64,000 nucleotides of DNA from the NCBI GenBank assembly GCA_028534125.1, contig CM052818.1, forward strand, positions 26,600,001-26,664,000, read 5' to 3'. This document shows, piece after piece, positions 14,756 through 30,000 of this stretch. The translations under genes were made by a program, and so were the position numbers. Under the pieces are notes generated by a model that worked only from the letters and a program-made list of their open reading frames with translations, was not told where the DNA came from and ran no database searches. Each line of letters starts with the position of its first letter. The stretch's first letter is position 1. The DNA comes from Lama glama (Eukaryota).

Positions 14756-17700
14756 CTAGTTAAAAAAAAAAATAGAAAGGTAGCAAAAATGTTGAGGATT
14801 AAAAAACAGCATGCTTTCTTCTTAACTGGACAAAGAGATAGATATGCCATGAAGAAAAGGAAGAAGCCAAAGCAGGTGAAAATATGCCAAAGTTTATTTT
14901 GCACCATTACCTCTCTGAAAATCATGCCTCCCAAAGTCTTCTTCACCCATATAAATCTCACCTTCTCCACTCCCTCTGAAAACAGAAGTCTCACATCTTT
15001 TTCTTACTCCTTAGAGAACTTTGAAACTATGGAACTGCTATAGTGGACACTGTGAAACAAGACCCAGTTCCCTTTCAGAAGGTGTGTTGTCCCTGCCACC
15101 AGCAGAGGTGTCAGCAGAAGGCCTTCAGCTGTTAGTCCCTTTAAGGAATGGCTCGGCCATGGGGGCATCCTATATTCATTGACTGGCCTAAGCAGGTGCT
15201 GGGGGCTCTCTAAAGGGCCCTCTACCTCCAGAGCTCCCTGGGGTTGGCTGAAGCTGTTGTTAACCCTGCATAGCAGACCGACTACTTCCTCTGCCTGATC
15301 CCATTTCCTTTCCCTCCCTGCCACAGGGGTTGAGCCAAGGCCACTCCCTACTAAGTGACTGAAATGCTAACCTCCAAGTCAGAGTGTACCGTCCAGGGAA
15401 TCCAACCTGAAACAACTGCAGGTCTTTCTTGCTTCTCACCTTATTTAAGTCTGCAGAGTTGTATTGAGTCTAAGTTCAAGAATCTGCCCATGGGATGCAA
15501 CAGAGACACAAAGAATAGTAATTATAGCCTCTCCCTCAGAAGACCCTACACTTGAATTAGGTTAGAGAAAGATAAAACAAATACACGGGCATGGTAAAAT
15601 GTATCAAGGATCTCAAATGTAACATAAAACTTCTCTAGCAGTTGGATAGAATGAGAGGTCAAATCCTTGGAGTGTCAAGGAAGACTTTACGAAAGAGACA
15701 GTATCTGAGCATAACTTAGAAGGGTGAGAAGGATTCTGATCAACTGTATACTTTCCACTGTCTGACAACAACTCTCACCTTTCAGGGTCCTTCTGGTACC
15801 CTAACCCCACAATCCTTCAACCCCATTGGAATCCCTAATCTACTGAATTGTTCACCTTTTCACAGTCCTTCGTTTGCCCAATGATGTCCTCATTTCACTC
15901 CATATTCAGCTTAAATTCCAGAGTCAATCAATCTAATTGCTCCCTGCATACATGCTCAACTCCCGTGCCTCTCTCTGCATTGGTCAAACTCATATGGCAG
16001 AAGCATAACATTAAGTCCAACTCTGCCTGCTTTGTGCCTGCATTCATGCTGCTGAGCCTGGATGAAGGAAAATGCACAACCATTCGCTTTCTCCACCTCT
16101 CTACAATCCTGGGGAATGTGTTCCCAGTGGACAAACAGAATCTGATGTTTCCTTAGTCTTTTGTGGACAAAACTCCTCTTATCTCTCCAAGGATATTAAA
16201 ATAGTGTTCTTTAAGTTATCTTCTGCTCCTTTACCTTATTTCCTCTGAGTTCGTTTTTCAGCTTGTATTATATATTTTACTTTCTTTCTTTCATGCTGGA
16301 GACAGTCCTCAAATATCTGATCACGCTTTGTGTTCATTTATTAAACAATAAAATACAAAAACACTGATGAGAGACACAGATTGTTTGGCTTCACTGCAGG
16401 GCAACATGATGCCCAGTCAGTGTTTTCACTGAGGCTTCCCAAATGTCCCTGTCTATGGGTCTTTTCTATGAGGTGGTTCACATTCTCCAGAGAAGGATCC
16501 ACCAGGTTCCTATCTGATGGGTATGAGCTGGCTGCTGGCTTTCTCACGCTGGAAGCTAGGGGAGAGGATGGGGAATCTCACTGCTTAGAGTGGAGTCTTT
16601 CATCTAATACCACCTCAGTACTGCCCTCCGCTATATCTGGTGTCCCCACATCCAGAAGCTCCCTGGTTCAGTTTCTCCAGAAAAATACTCCGTCATCTCC
16701 GGCAAGGGTACAGGTGGGACACTCACTTTTCTGCCAGGTGTGGGGTGGAAATCTTACATCTCTAAGTGTTCCTTACATAGACTTTAAGAACTCTCCTACT
16801 CCACCCTCTGCCTCCTTCTGCCTTCCTTACCATCCCCTCCCATTCCTGAGCCATTCAGGATTTTGTCAGGGGACCACTGGCTTCTTCCACTTCCTTCCCT
16901 CTCTGGGGAATGTGACTTCCCTCCACTCTGATATGTCATTTGCCTTTTCTCCATTGACCTTCCATCTTCATATTGTGGTTCCCATTAACAGATGTTCCCT
17001 GGTTTCTTCAAAGATGGAATTTTCCTGATTGTTTTAGGGTGATTTCATAAGAAGGTGAAAAAATGTCTTTCCCATCTTAAAACTAAGTTATCGTTGTATG
17101 GTAATCATGTCAATTGTCTTAATGTTGCTCCTTAACTAGGCCACAGGAAAATGACAGTTTATTACATTTTGAATCTCTCGTAACTCCTGATAGTATTAAG
17201 CATAGGCTGTGTCTATCTGTATAATATATATGTACTCAGGGTTTAATAAGAACTACATAATTAAACAGATTTTCTCACTGGCAAAAAGGGTAAGGTACAT
17301 ACTTTAGTGGAGACATTCTAAGTTTCCAGTTGTTTAAAGGGCCTTGACTGGTTCCAAAGTTCTAACTCCCAATGAAACAGCATAAGCATGGAATAGCAGG
17401 GCAGAGCAAGACTTCTTGGGACCAGAGACATTCTGTTAATGCCCAGGGAAGTAGCAAAAGGAGATAGTTTTCATATTCTGAGAGCTTGTAAGTTAAGGTG
17501 TCTCAGAAATGTCAATAGCTTGGTGACTCCAGTGTTCAAGGCAGTGATTAACTATCATTCTGGTCTCTTTGCACCATTTCATGTAGACAGGAGTTCACTG
17601 TTGTTGGCAGTGATCTTGAGTCCTGCAAGGGAACTCGCTCTTTTCACCATTTTTTAGGATTGACAGGAAAAAAAAGTGACCTTCAATTTCCAGTGACTCA

Positions 17701-17841
17701 GCCTACTACCTTGGAGCTAGGGAACTGTGTGGCTGGATTTGTAAAGGTCTTCTAGTCTTTCTTTGTGGCAGTATGACAAATGCATCGTTCCCAGTGTTAA
17801 CAGAGTTAGTAAATTATCTACAGTCTTTCTCCATCCAAGGC

Positions 17842-18350
17842 TATATCAGCTAATGGCTGATATCAGCTAATGCCATAATAAAAAGGTGTGAAAAACCACC
17901 CCAAACTCAATGGCTTAAAACAACAATCATAAGTTCTTCAGGGTCTACAAGTCAACTGGGGACAACTGGTCTAGGCTGGGTTTGGCTAAGGAAGCTCTGC
18001 TTCATCCTGCAGTCATCAAGGTTGGCTCTGCTCCATATGCCTCTTCTCCTCCTCCTAGGACTGGCAGGCCAGCCGGGACATGCTCTTCTCACGGTGATGG
18101 CAAAGGCAAGAGAGAGGAAACCCTATTGCACAAGCACATTTCCAGCCCCTGTTTGTGTCATCTACTAGCATCCCATTGGACAAGGAGAGTCAAATAACCA
18201 AGTCCAGAGTCAAGGAATGAGGAGATACCACCTGCTAAGGTAGGAGGGCACAGCAAAGTTACAAAACAAAAGAAGTGAATGTATAATTATAAGCGTGTTC
18301 CTGGAGGAGGGAAGACTACAAAGAATGGGAATGATCATTCGGTCTCCTAT
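17842..18350 (-). mobile_element. MaLR LTR (MLT1-like)
   Basis: aaaccaccccaaactcaatggcttaaaacaacaatcat...cccattggacaag...ccaagtccagagtcaagg. Confidence 0.6.
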
Positions 18351-19788
18351 CCAGTCTTCTCCCAGGTCACATTCTACCACCAATTACCTAATCCATGACA
18401 GCTGAAGAACGTAAAATAACTCCTTAATACAAATCTAGGTAAAGTACGACCGGAAGAATAAATCTGATACTCTCAAAGTCTGCATTCAAAATCAGTCTTT
18501 ATTTTTAACTGTCCCCATCACTGTTTACTGCTATTGGAAAGGACAGTCAAAAGAATATATGTATATCTTGTTAATGGAGATCCCCACCCAACAATTCGTT
18601 CAGCCCTTTCTATTTCTGGTCACCCAAAGCAGATGTGAGTTGCGTGGAAAAAGGTAAAGGAGCTCACCAAGAGAAAACCCACCCACCAAACAGACTGTGT
18701 CTTTAAGTCATACTTCACTTCATTTCATGTCCTTCCACTAGAAATGCAAATATGAAATGTTAATCTTTTACACCAGCTTCTGAATTCTCTCACCCAACTG
18801 CTGGGAAAGGATGCCAGTTCAAGCAGGGCAGAGCATGGGACAAAGACATTATAGAAGGTTCAGAAAACAAAACAAAATGAAAAGCCAGTGAAAAGGATAC
18901 CAAGAGGTTATAAACAATTCTTGCTCTCTTCAAGTTCAGCATGTCCAGCAAAAATAGAACCAAATATCTCTGTTCCTTGCATTACAAGATAAACCTTTTA
19001 TTTCTTTACCCCCATTGTATCAAAGGCTAGCGCCTTCATAAAACTTTGAGGGGAAAAAAAGGTATCCATTGCAAGTGAACAAAGTTTTTTGTCTTTGCTT
19101 TGTTGTGTTTACTTAGTTATGAGTGATAGCTGAACAAAATGTCTTCGTCTAGCTTAGCACTTTTTTCCAATATACCCTTAAGAACAGAGACTGAAATAAC
19201 ATGAGAGTCCCAGAAGTATTTTGAGCTGAGAACGTAACAAAAGCTTTGCTATGCTACATAAAATTGAGCCGAGATTCACAGATAATAACAATAATGCATT
19301 TCTGCTTCATGCTTTTCATCTTGATATGTCTGAATTACCTACTCTCTTCTTCCAAACCACTTGGCAGAAACTCCCTCCCCCAACTCAAGGCCACCAAGGC
19401 AATCTCTCAGATTAGAAGGTGGTGATGTTTCATGACTATATAAACAAGAAGAAATAAACGTAGTTCTCATACATATGCCTGTATCAACCTTCCATATTCT
19501 TCATTTTACACAAAAAAATAATGTTGCTTTTAATTTGATATGTATTCCTAACTAAGAAATCAGAAACCAATTAATAAATACACTGTCATGGATCTTAGGT
19601 TATTGCCCATGGTTGACATTTTAAATAATGTAATCTTCTAATTAATATTATTTCAACCTCATTTCATGTTGCAACAAATTAGTTCAAAATGTACAGGAAG
19701 TCTACATTTCTAAATGGCTTTTTCACTCCCCCAAGGATTCTAGAATTCACTCTGAGTTTCTGCTAATGTGTTTTATCCCAGGAATCTA

Positions 19789-20109
<321 letters not shown>

Positions 20110-22544
20110 TCAGATCTAGACAGTTTTCATTTGTTTACTATGTTTTAGAGATTTTTATGTAATGCCTTTCAAGTTAAAAATGCAATACATGCTTATTGTA
20201 TTAATAGCAAGGATGTTTCAAGGAAAAAGTTAATCCTCTCCCTCTTTCCTAACCTCCTGCCAGTGCAACCTAACCAGTTGTTAATAATACCAATGTTAAT
20301 AATCTGATATGTCTCTTTCCACACCCTTCTTCTTGTTTATACAAACATGTACTAGCACACAAACACATATATTTGGCAGGGGAGAGTATATTTTTATGGG
20401 AATAGAATTCTACTTTACATATTACTCTGTCCCTTGCACTTCTCATTTAATAATGTATCGTGGACATTTATATATGTCAGGAGCTAGAGATCCAGCTCAG
20501 TGTATATTAAAGCCCACCTTTAATATTTCTAAGAAGATAACAAGGCAGGTTTGAGAAACTAGATATACCAGGGTGGGCCCTACAGGTCATAACTTCCATT
20601 CTAAGCTCTTTGGGGGTGAGACTTGCACACTGGTAGCTCTTTTTGTCCCAGGCACTTAGCATGTACCCCAAGTTCAGCAGATACTTCATAGTGTAATGAA
20701 ACTGACAAGAGACACTAATGCTCAGCTGTTAAAGATAATGTACAGGGAGTCCCATGACAACGGGATGGCTAGGGGACATTTGAGGTTCTGCCATTCTAAG
20801 AATCAGTAAGCAACTCTGAACCATAATCACGTATCAAGCAGTTTTCTCTTTGTGTTAAAGGCAGGTCCAGAGCCACTGCAAATGCTGGTGAAAATAAGAA
20901 AGAATCTCTTTTCCCAACTTTACTGGTCATTTTGGACCTTGTGAGCAATATAGTGGCTGATAGGAAGAAGCAGCAGATGGAAAAGAAACACTGTGTCGGG
21001 GACCAGAGGTGTCATCCTAAACAATCTAGAATTTGTGGTGTGAGAAGTTACAGATGAGTTCATTGCTGTTCCATTTGCCCTTTCCTATCTTTATTTTCCC
21101 TTTGCTTCATTTCCCGCATTTCCTCACTACATTCCATTTCTTTTATCTTGACATATTATGCAGATTTTTGTAGACTCCTTAAAAAAATTTTTTAAGTCAC
21201 ACAACAAACCAACCATCAACATATCCGGCAATTTGTTCCACAATGAACATCCAGTGGGGATGGACCTTGAGGTGATAAACAAATAACTTATAATGACTGG
21301 AAAAGAATGGGAGGTTTTTTCCCCCAAGGAAATACAGGATTTTCTAGCCTAGCCAAGTCTTGTGTGACCTGCCCTAACTAATGTGACATGACACGTAGGC
21401 AAGGGCCTTGGAACAACTGTGGCAGGAAGCTTCCAGGAAGAGGAAAACTAAGCCAGAAGGAGGACAGTGATTCTACAGTCAGTCCTGCAAAAGCCAAATA
21501 AACAAACAGTTTCCCAGATATTCACTCCTCGCTTTCTGTCCAGAGGTGGACTTTGGCCTAAAGAGCATGTACACACAGTACCTTACCTTTTCTATTCTAC
21601 ATTACACGTTGTCTTTTCATGTGATAATTTTTTAAAAAGTCTTTATAACCTTTTTGAAATCATCACTTGTATCTCATTTGTTTTGTTACTCTCCACAATT
21701 CTTAGTACCGGGCTTTGTTCACAGTAGGTGATCACTAAATACGGGTTGGTTATAACTGAGTTATTTTCCATGAGAATATATAAAACTGTATGATAAAGAA
21801 TATGCATAGTCTGACTAGAGAGAAATCACTGTTCATTTAAGACAAGTTTTCCACTGAATTTGAAAATAATTTATCCCCAGACTTTGGGGAAAAGAAATTT
21901 TTCCATAAAAGGGTCATCTGAAAAAAAGAAAAACATATCCTCCAGAACATCTGGTATCCAGATGATGAACTGCTTCACAAAATGTCTTTAATACCAATAG
22001 CAGCCTGCACACTTACCAAATGAATTGGGATTTTTAAATAGCTGTTAGCTTTGCTCAGTTGAAGTCTCACACAGAACTCATTCCTCAACCTCACTGAACA
22101 GGTCTTGGCCATAATTTCTGGTATCTGTGTTGACATTAAAATCCACAAAAGCATCATCAAATGCCCCCCAAAAGAGTTCTCCCTGAAATAACCTTTTTTA
22201 TTCAGTATAAATATTTTTATTTATCTTAGCAGTTGATTCCTTCATAAACAATCAAATTGGCTGCATAATCTAATTATGTCACCAATATGCCTTATTGTTG
22301 TGCTTTTGGCTTTCAGATTTAGTCTGCAAGTTCCCACTATAATTCTCTAGAGCAGGCTCCAAAAACTACTTCTCTTCTTACTAGACTGCTCCTAAACAGG
22401 GAGTGCTTGGCTGTGAGAGAGAGTTGAAAGCAGCTGGGCTTCCCTCACTGCGGGTAGCAAAAGCCTGGGCCCACCAGGCACACTAAAATGCAATTTAGAA
22501 TATAGATCATGTTTTGGATTACTATGCATCTATCTTTTTAAGTG

Positions 22545-22710
22545 GGGAAGGGAGAAAAGAGACAAATAAGGAGAGATAGATTGAGACAAAGAGAGATGCA
22601 GGTTGAGTAGAGAGAGAAAGAAGAGGATATAAACAGTGGTGGAGACAAGGAGAGAGAGATGGAGGGGGAGGGTGGAGAAAAAGAGAGGAAGAGAGAGGAA
22701 GATAAAAGTA
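22545..22710. repeat. GA-rich low-complexity tract
   Basis: About 165 bp strongly purine-rich on the + strand. Confidence 0.75.
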
Positions 22711-24023
22711 AACATGACATTCTACTTCCTGGAGAGGAAGGCCCTGGGGGATTTTAGGTTAACATTGGTGAATGATCCTGGGTTGAATTAATTAAACTTA
22801 AATTCTCATTTCCAAGTTCTGAAAAACAATGCCAGTAGTAGACTAGATTTGCTTGGAAGAAGCAAATCCTGCAGTATTTGCAATAAGTCTGCAAATAGAC
22901 CATGATCAGGATGCTGAATCCTGCCAATGGGGACAGGTATCCCTCTCCTTTTGCATGGATATATTAGTCTCTCTGGCTCCAAGCTGAAAGCCTGCCATTC
23001 AGGGTCCTCCATTCAGGGACACACATCCTTCACTGAAGAAGCCCAGCTTCAGCCACTCAGATGCACTGGACATCTATGGAGGGTTTTAACCACCAAGTTT
23101 CTAGCTTGCCTCTTTTAGACAGTTTCTGGCTTGCTCCTGAGTGAGACTCTATCATCCTGATTTTTTAAATTTACTTTTTATTCCTCTCTCAACTAGAAAT
23201 CACTGAAATCCTCCAAAATTTAATATCTTCAAAGTATTAAATTTACAAATAATCTTCTCAAGCAAAAATATTCTAAAAATCCAACAGGCAGCCTTAGGCC
23301 CATTGATGAGAGACAGTAAAAATCCAGACTATGGGATATTGTTCCCATATTATCCTCTGAAAGGGAATTCATAGCAATGCACATCTTCATGGATAACTGC
23401 AGATGTTAATCCACTAATCAATTTTATATCAAGTCCACATTTTTCAGATTTTACAGTTTTTTCTAGTCATGAACACTGAAACTGTAAGTTATAAAATATC
23501 TGATCTATGCTCAAAAATGCCTCGGGAGAAAAGAATAACTTTCCGCTGTTCTTGTTTAAAATTAGTTCTGAGTGAAAGGTACTAATCCTAGTCAAATTAA
23601 AGCCATTAGTGTAGTTTCTGCATAATAACTCAGTGTCGTCTACCTCCTCTTCAAAGGGGAACCCTGTAACTTCCACAGCTTAGGAGACAGCTTTCTTAAA
23701 ACTCATGGTAATTTTCCCCCTAAAATTATAAAACTGAATCTCTTAAGTGAGATTTCTAACACAACCATCCTGTTAGGATTACTGCTGTGTCTACCAGGCC
23801 ATGTACAGGCAGCCAGCAGCAGTGCCCAGCACATTCCCAAATTCTGTCAATGAACTTCTCACTTGCCCCCTCCCCACATGACACGGAAGCTGCCATTATG
23901 GATTCCGTAACACTTTTAAATGCATATGCATTTTAAAAATCACAATGGAATCTATGTAGATTATTTGTGCAATTGATTCTGTTGAAGCTAAATAAAAATA
24001 CTGCCATCAAAATAGCAATATTC

Positions 24024-24151
24024 TAGGAGGGGAGGGTATAGCTCAAGTGATAGACTGCATGCTTGGTATGTATGAGGTCCTGGGTTCAATCCCCAGTAAC
24101 TCCTCTAAAAATAAATAAATAAACCTAGTTACTTCACCCCACCAAAAAAAA
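24024..24151 (+). mobile_element. tRNA-derived SINE (camelid Vic-1-like) with 15-bp TSD
   Basis: A box TAGCTCAAGTGA and B box GGTTCAATCC; polyA tail; TSD AAAATAGCAATATTC at 24009-24023 and 24152-24166. Confidence 0.9.
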
Positions 24152-25921
24152 AAAATAGCAATATTCATTGTGCTTATGGGTTTTTAGAAGCCATAGGCAA
24201 GGAACCTCAGGTCTGAGGTATGCATATATATTTCTGGGTACATATTTGGGCTTCTGAGCAAATGGTATGGGGAAATGAAAAAGGTGGGGCTGAGTGAGCA
24301 CTATAGACCTAGTATTTTTCTAATCAGGAACTGAGGGTTTTGGAAAGATCCAGTAAGTTCCCTGAGCTTCTTTTAAAAAAATGCTTGGGAGATGAGACCC
24401 AGGGGATATCACTGAAATGAGTGGTATGCGCCTCACTCTCCAACTTGGGCCTAGAAGACACAGAGCTGGAGACATTTGTGAGTACACACTGCAGAGCTGG
24501 TCTCTCCCAGCCACCGCTCTCCAGTGACTGGGAGATAGAGGGTCAAGCAGACAGGGGTCCAGATTCTGGCCTCATCACTACCATGTGTATAATCTCGAGC
24601 AAGTTAATTCCTATACCTAAACCTTAGGTCTTTTAAAATGTGTAGCACTGGAAAAATAATTGTCCCCACATGGTGGCATTATCGTGAGAACTGAATAAGA
24701 TGATCTGTGCAAAGAGCCCCATAAAGTGCCTGACCTGAAAAAAGTGCTTGATGAAAGTCAATCATCATCACAATTCCTCACTCGGCCTAAAGCTTAAAAA
24801 GAACTAAAGTGCCTTTGGGTTTCCACCACTGAATTCCTTAGGAGACGTAGAAGCTGTTTGGATGGAAGACAGGAGGCTAATGGGGCAACAGACAATGGTG
24901 TCTGGGCTAAACTTGAGAAGCAGAAACCTTATACTGGGTAGAAAGGAAGAGCGCAACATCTGTGCTGGTGGGCCTCTCAGGTGTCGCTCTGTGCCAGCAG
25001 TGGGGGGCCAAGGTGTTTGCCTGAAGAGTTAGGCAAGTGGAGATGTCTCAGAGAAGGATATGAGAGGCCAGTCTCTCCCAGTCCCTTCCCAAGCTGCTCC
25101 TTGAAATGGAGCTTGTTTGGGAAAAAACGTCATTCAGAGATGGGGTTTGAGATTGCTTAAGAAGACTGTCACTAAGGAGGCAGAGACATTCAAGGTCTAG
25201 CCTACTTCATGGCTTAATATACCCTGTATAGCAGTCTTTTCCAAACTGGTAAAATCAGTGGGTCTTGAAATCAGCTTAGTGGGTCATGACCAGTTTAAAA
25301 AAAAAAAAAAACTAGTAAAATAGAGTTAACAATATCAGAGTAGATTGCAGGTAATAGGAGTATTTTTCATGAAACTTCTGGATCAGTTAAATCTATCTTT
25401 AGGTTTCTGTGTATAAAATATAAAATATATGTGTGTGTATATTTGTGTGTGTCTGTGTGTGTATATATATATATATATATAATTTTTTTTAACCATACAT
25501 CAGAGTCAGAAGTATAAGAAGCACTGCACTGGAGAAAGTAACTTATCACTGTTCTTGACTCTCCTTCTAGGAAGAAAACAATTTTCCAAAGGGAACTGAA
25601 TGCCTGTAAATACAGTAACTCACTCTTGACCCAGAACTGTTAAGCAAGGACTGCCCAATTCTGTTGATAACTGGGTGTTGAGGGTCCAGGAAAACACGGT
25701 TGGGTGCCTGGGGGTGTGTTAGAGAAATGATGAAGAGTTGAGTACTTAGTACCTTGTCTGAACTTGTAGGCCAGACAGAGACTTGACACATAAATTGGTT
25801 TAGGTTAATGTGCACCTCTTAATTCAGAACAGATATTTACTCTCAGTTGTTTGGTTTTTTTAGGTTGCTTATTCTGGTGAAGAATGAGATGAGATGACAG
25901 ATCTGAATTTTAGACAACTCA

Positions 25922-26167
<246 letters not shown>

Positions 26168-26713
26168 TTAACTGGCTATCATTTCATAATATGTTGAAGA
26201 CTTACTTACCCTGAGACATTTGTGATTGTGAAATATTCGCTTTGAACCACAAAATAAAGCGATAGCTCTTAGATGACGCAAAATAAATGAAACCGCTCAA
26301 CTTTAAAATTTAGCCCCTTAGATCTAGAAGTTAAACTAATTGTTTTGGCAGCTTGTTTTTAAAACAGAATTAAGGTCATGCTTTGAACCTGAGAATTAAT
26401 AGTTAACACTTATATCCTGTGTAATAATTTTGGAACAATTGCTTTGTAAGACTAAGGTTTAAAAATACCAGTTGTGGATATCCTAGTCTTAAGAAAACTC
26501 AGTATTTCAAAAACTACAGCCAAGAAAACAATATACTTTGTTAGCATAATTGCTTGATAAAAGCCAGGGTGATATTACAGAAGAAGCATACTCTTGGGGT
26601 GAAAAAAGCTGGATTCAAAGTTTTCAGCTGCTATTTATAGGCTGTATGACCTTGGATAGGTCCCTTAACTTCTTATTACCCTCAAAATACTAATAAAGTA
26701 ATTTCAGTTAGAT

Positions 26714-27020
26714 CTGCACTGCCCAATCTGGTAGCCACTAGCCACAGGGGACTATTAAGCTCTCAGAAAGTAGCTCCTCAAAAGGAGGTGTGCTTTAAGT
26801 GTAATACACATACTGAATTTCCAAGACTTAGTATAAAAAAAAAGTAAAATATCTCAATAATTTTTTATAGTGATTACATGTTGAAATTATAATTTTTGAT
26901 ATTGAGTTAAATATAGTATTAAAATTAATTCCACCGATTGCCTTTGACTTTTTTAATGGAGTTACTAAAAAATTTTAAATCACCTATGTGCTTCTCATTA
27001 TATATTTCTATTGAACAGCT
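26714..27020 (+). mobile_element. MER3/MER33-like hAT element
   Basis: ctgcactgcccaatctggtagccactagccaca...tttctattgaacagc termini. Confidence 0.7.
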
Positions 27021-30000
27021 CTAACTTAGATGATTTGCAGTTCCTTTCAGCCAGAGCTTGATGATTCTGTACCCCAGTAAATAGCACACTTTTTATCTCC
27101 AGTTAAAATTATTTTAATATTCTACTAATGCCCGGCTCATTTGGCACACTCAACAAATATTGGATGAATTCATCAAGTATGGTATACTTATATATTAACT
27201 AAGTGAACCTTAATTTAAGTAGCTAAATAAACATAACATTCAAATTTGTATTTTGGATATTACTTTACACATGCTGTATTTTTTTATGATACTAGTAATG
27301 TTGAATCATCCATTCATTACATGTTTCTCAGGCACTTGATGATGGAATGTGTTACTCCTGCCCACTGGGAAGTGAGTCGTTGATCAGATGATTTCTTCCC
27401 TAAGGGGGATGATGATGTAACAGAAATTCTTTAGAATGCAAAACAGGACAGGGTAAGCCCTGTCTACTTTATAGCTCTTTCCAAAACCACTGTATGTTGA
27501 ATATGTCTAAGTTATCATTTGAGAAACTGTGGAATTAGAGAATGCTTACTGCTAATTACTTACACTCATCTGTACTTGGATACGCCTCAGCGTTACTCTC
27601 CAGTATTATCATGCAAAGAGCATGAGCTGTGAGTTCAGACAGACCCCTTTTAACTCAGCTGCTCAACTCAACTTCCACCATTTACTAGCTGTAACTCTGG
27701 CCAGGTTACTTAACCTTGTTAAGGCTTAATTTCCTCATCTGTAAAAAGGAAGTAATAACACTTGCTTCCTAGGGTAATTATAATTAAGTGAGCTAATATA
27801 TGTAAATTGCCTCAGTAAATATTCAGTAAGTTTTATTAGTTCTGTTACTGTCCATCGAACTCTAAAGAGCTATAGAGTTTCGAGCTGGAAAGGCCACTTA
27901 GAGATGGTTATAACTGAACCTCCTTGATTTATGTCAGTGGAAGCTGAGGGTCATAGAAACCAGCTGAGTTTCCCAGTGTCGTAGGAGACTTACAGGTAAG
28001 TCTGAGAAAAGATCTTGGTTCTGTAGTTCCCAAACCCGTGCTGGCTCTACTCTGCCTCCCTGCGTAATCCATGCACTTCTAGGGCACTCCCAAATATTGA
28101 TGCTGTGCCTAAACAGCATACAGTTTGTGTTTATTTACTGGCAATACATTTTAAATATATTTCCTTAATAAATTTGTTGCTGCAGCCTTTAAATTCCTTG
28201 GTACCTCCAGGATCTAAGTCCTCGTGTTAACTCTCAAGCAGCACTTTGAGAAGAAAGAGGGAGCTAAAAGACAAAACAGTAGAGATGTGAGAAGTGAAAA
28301 AAAAGAAAATGGAGGCAAGAAGTCAGAAGACTTAGATGGTTAATTATTGCTTAACCCAGCCAACAAGAGCCTCTGGTCTCTACTGCTGCCTCACCAGCCC
28401 CATGCAAGGCCACTCGCCCCAGCTCACCGTGCTTCAGTCACCCTGGCATCCTTCCAGGCCCCAAAGCAGTGTGGGGCTCAGCCCTCCTGGGGCCTTTGCA
28501 GTGTGGTGCCTTCTACCTTGAAGGCCTTCCTCTTCCTCCTCAGCTGGCTAACTCCTGCTAACTTCAAGATGTAGCTTAGAGGCCTTGTGTGTTTGTTTGT
28601 TTAAGGTCTGATTTCATGCAAGATGTCAACTCCAGGAGGACAAGAACTCTCTTATTTTCCCCTCTCTCCCAGAGCCACACAGTGCCCGGCTCATTTGGCA
28701 CACTCAACAAATATTGGATGAATTCATCAAATAAAGAATTGACAGATGAATGATCTTTCTACAGCAAACTTCACTAAGATGATGTTTACATAATAATAAG
28801 TAAAACGGGCATGTGTGACATCAGAAATATGAAATCAGTTGAATGCACAGAAATTATAAAAGCAGGAAAGACAAGCGTCTGCCTGCTGCAAAGGGCCAGA
28901 AAGTGCCGTGGTTCAATGCTGGTGGGCTTTATTCTTTTTAAATTTCTGAGAGTTGATGCTTGTGATGACTGAAGAGTTGGGTTGGCCCAGGGCAGTCACT
29001 GTGACAGTCAAGAACTATCGTGTCAAAGATTGTTTGACCAAGGGCTCCTTTCCTATTTACTGTCCATTACTCTATCCTAGAACCTACTTCGTCCCTGTTG
29101 TCCTTCACTCACAGTGAAAGGAAATCAAGCTGATGTTTAAATGGCCAATTTATAGAGGCTTGAAAGAGTTCTTAAAAGATTTAAGAAAAAACGGGAACAA
29201 AATAAATAACCCTCCAGCATTTCTACATGTAACAGTCATCGTGGACGAAACATAGTCGACAAATAGCACCAAAAAACACTTAATTGATGAATAAAGGGTA
29301 AGCTCATCAGACAGGCCCAGTAGTGCTCCTGAATACAGGCTTACCTGTGTTGATCCTCAATCTCCTGGGCTCGCCTATTTAATTAATATACTTCAGTAAA
29401 GAGCCTTCCTCTTCCTGCCCCTCTGGGAATGAAGATGCCCCTATGAAGTCACAGAGATTAAAAGCTTCCCAATCAGTGAAGGACACAGAGAGGGAAAAAG
29501 CCACACTCCATTAATTACTTAAGCCTTTCTCCTCATTAAAGCCCTGTATGGAGAAGTATTTGATTTTTCCAACCTAAATGGCAACCATTCAATTTTTATG
29601 GAGGCTGACTCTCAGAACTCAAAACATACAACTATCTATATGGAGATGAGAAGAAGGAATAAGAGCAGAAACCTGGAAAGATATGCGGGCTGGGCATGAG
29701 GACAGAAAATGAGGCAAAAACTGTCTAGCCCAATGTTAAATGACAACCCCAAATTATTCTAGGTTTATTTCAGTTAAAAAGCATGTAGACAATTTTCTAC
29801 TGGTACAGGCATTCTCAGAGGAATGAGTCTCTATTACAGCCCCTGCTTTGTCTTTTCATCCAGGCAGAAAGGACAATAAGTCTGCTTCAGGTGACAAGAA
29901 TCTCTCCACTAAAAAAAAGTATGAACCAGATATCCTACAGCATCTCCTCTGGACTAATCACATGGTGCCAGACCCAAGAGGGGTTTAATTACATAATTTG

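Noticed and set aside
16381..17028. 215-aa + strand ORF in QPCT intron 3
   Set aside because: Non-ATG start, no motif, and it appears to lie in degraded old LINE-like sequence
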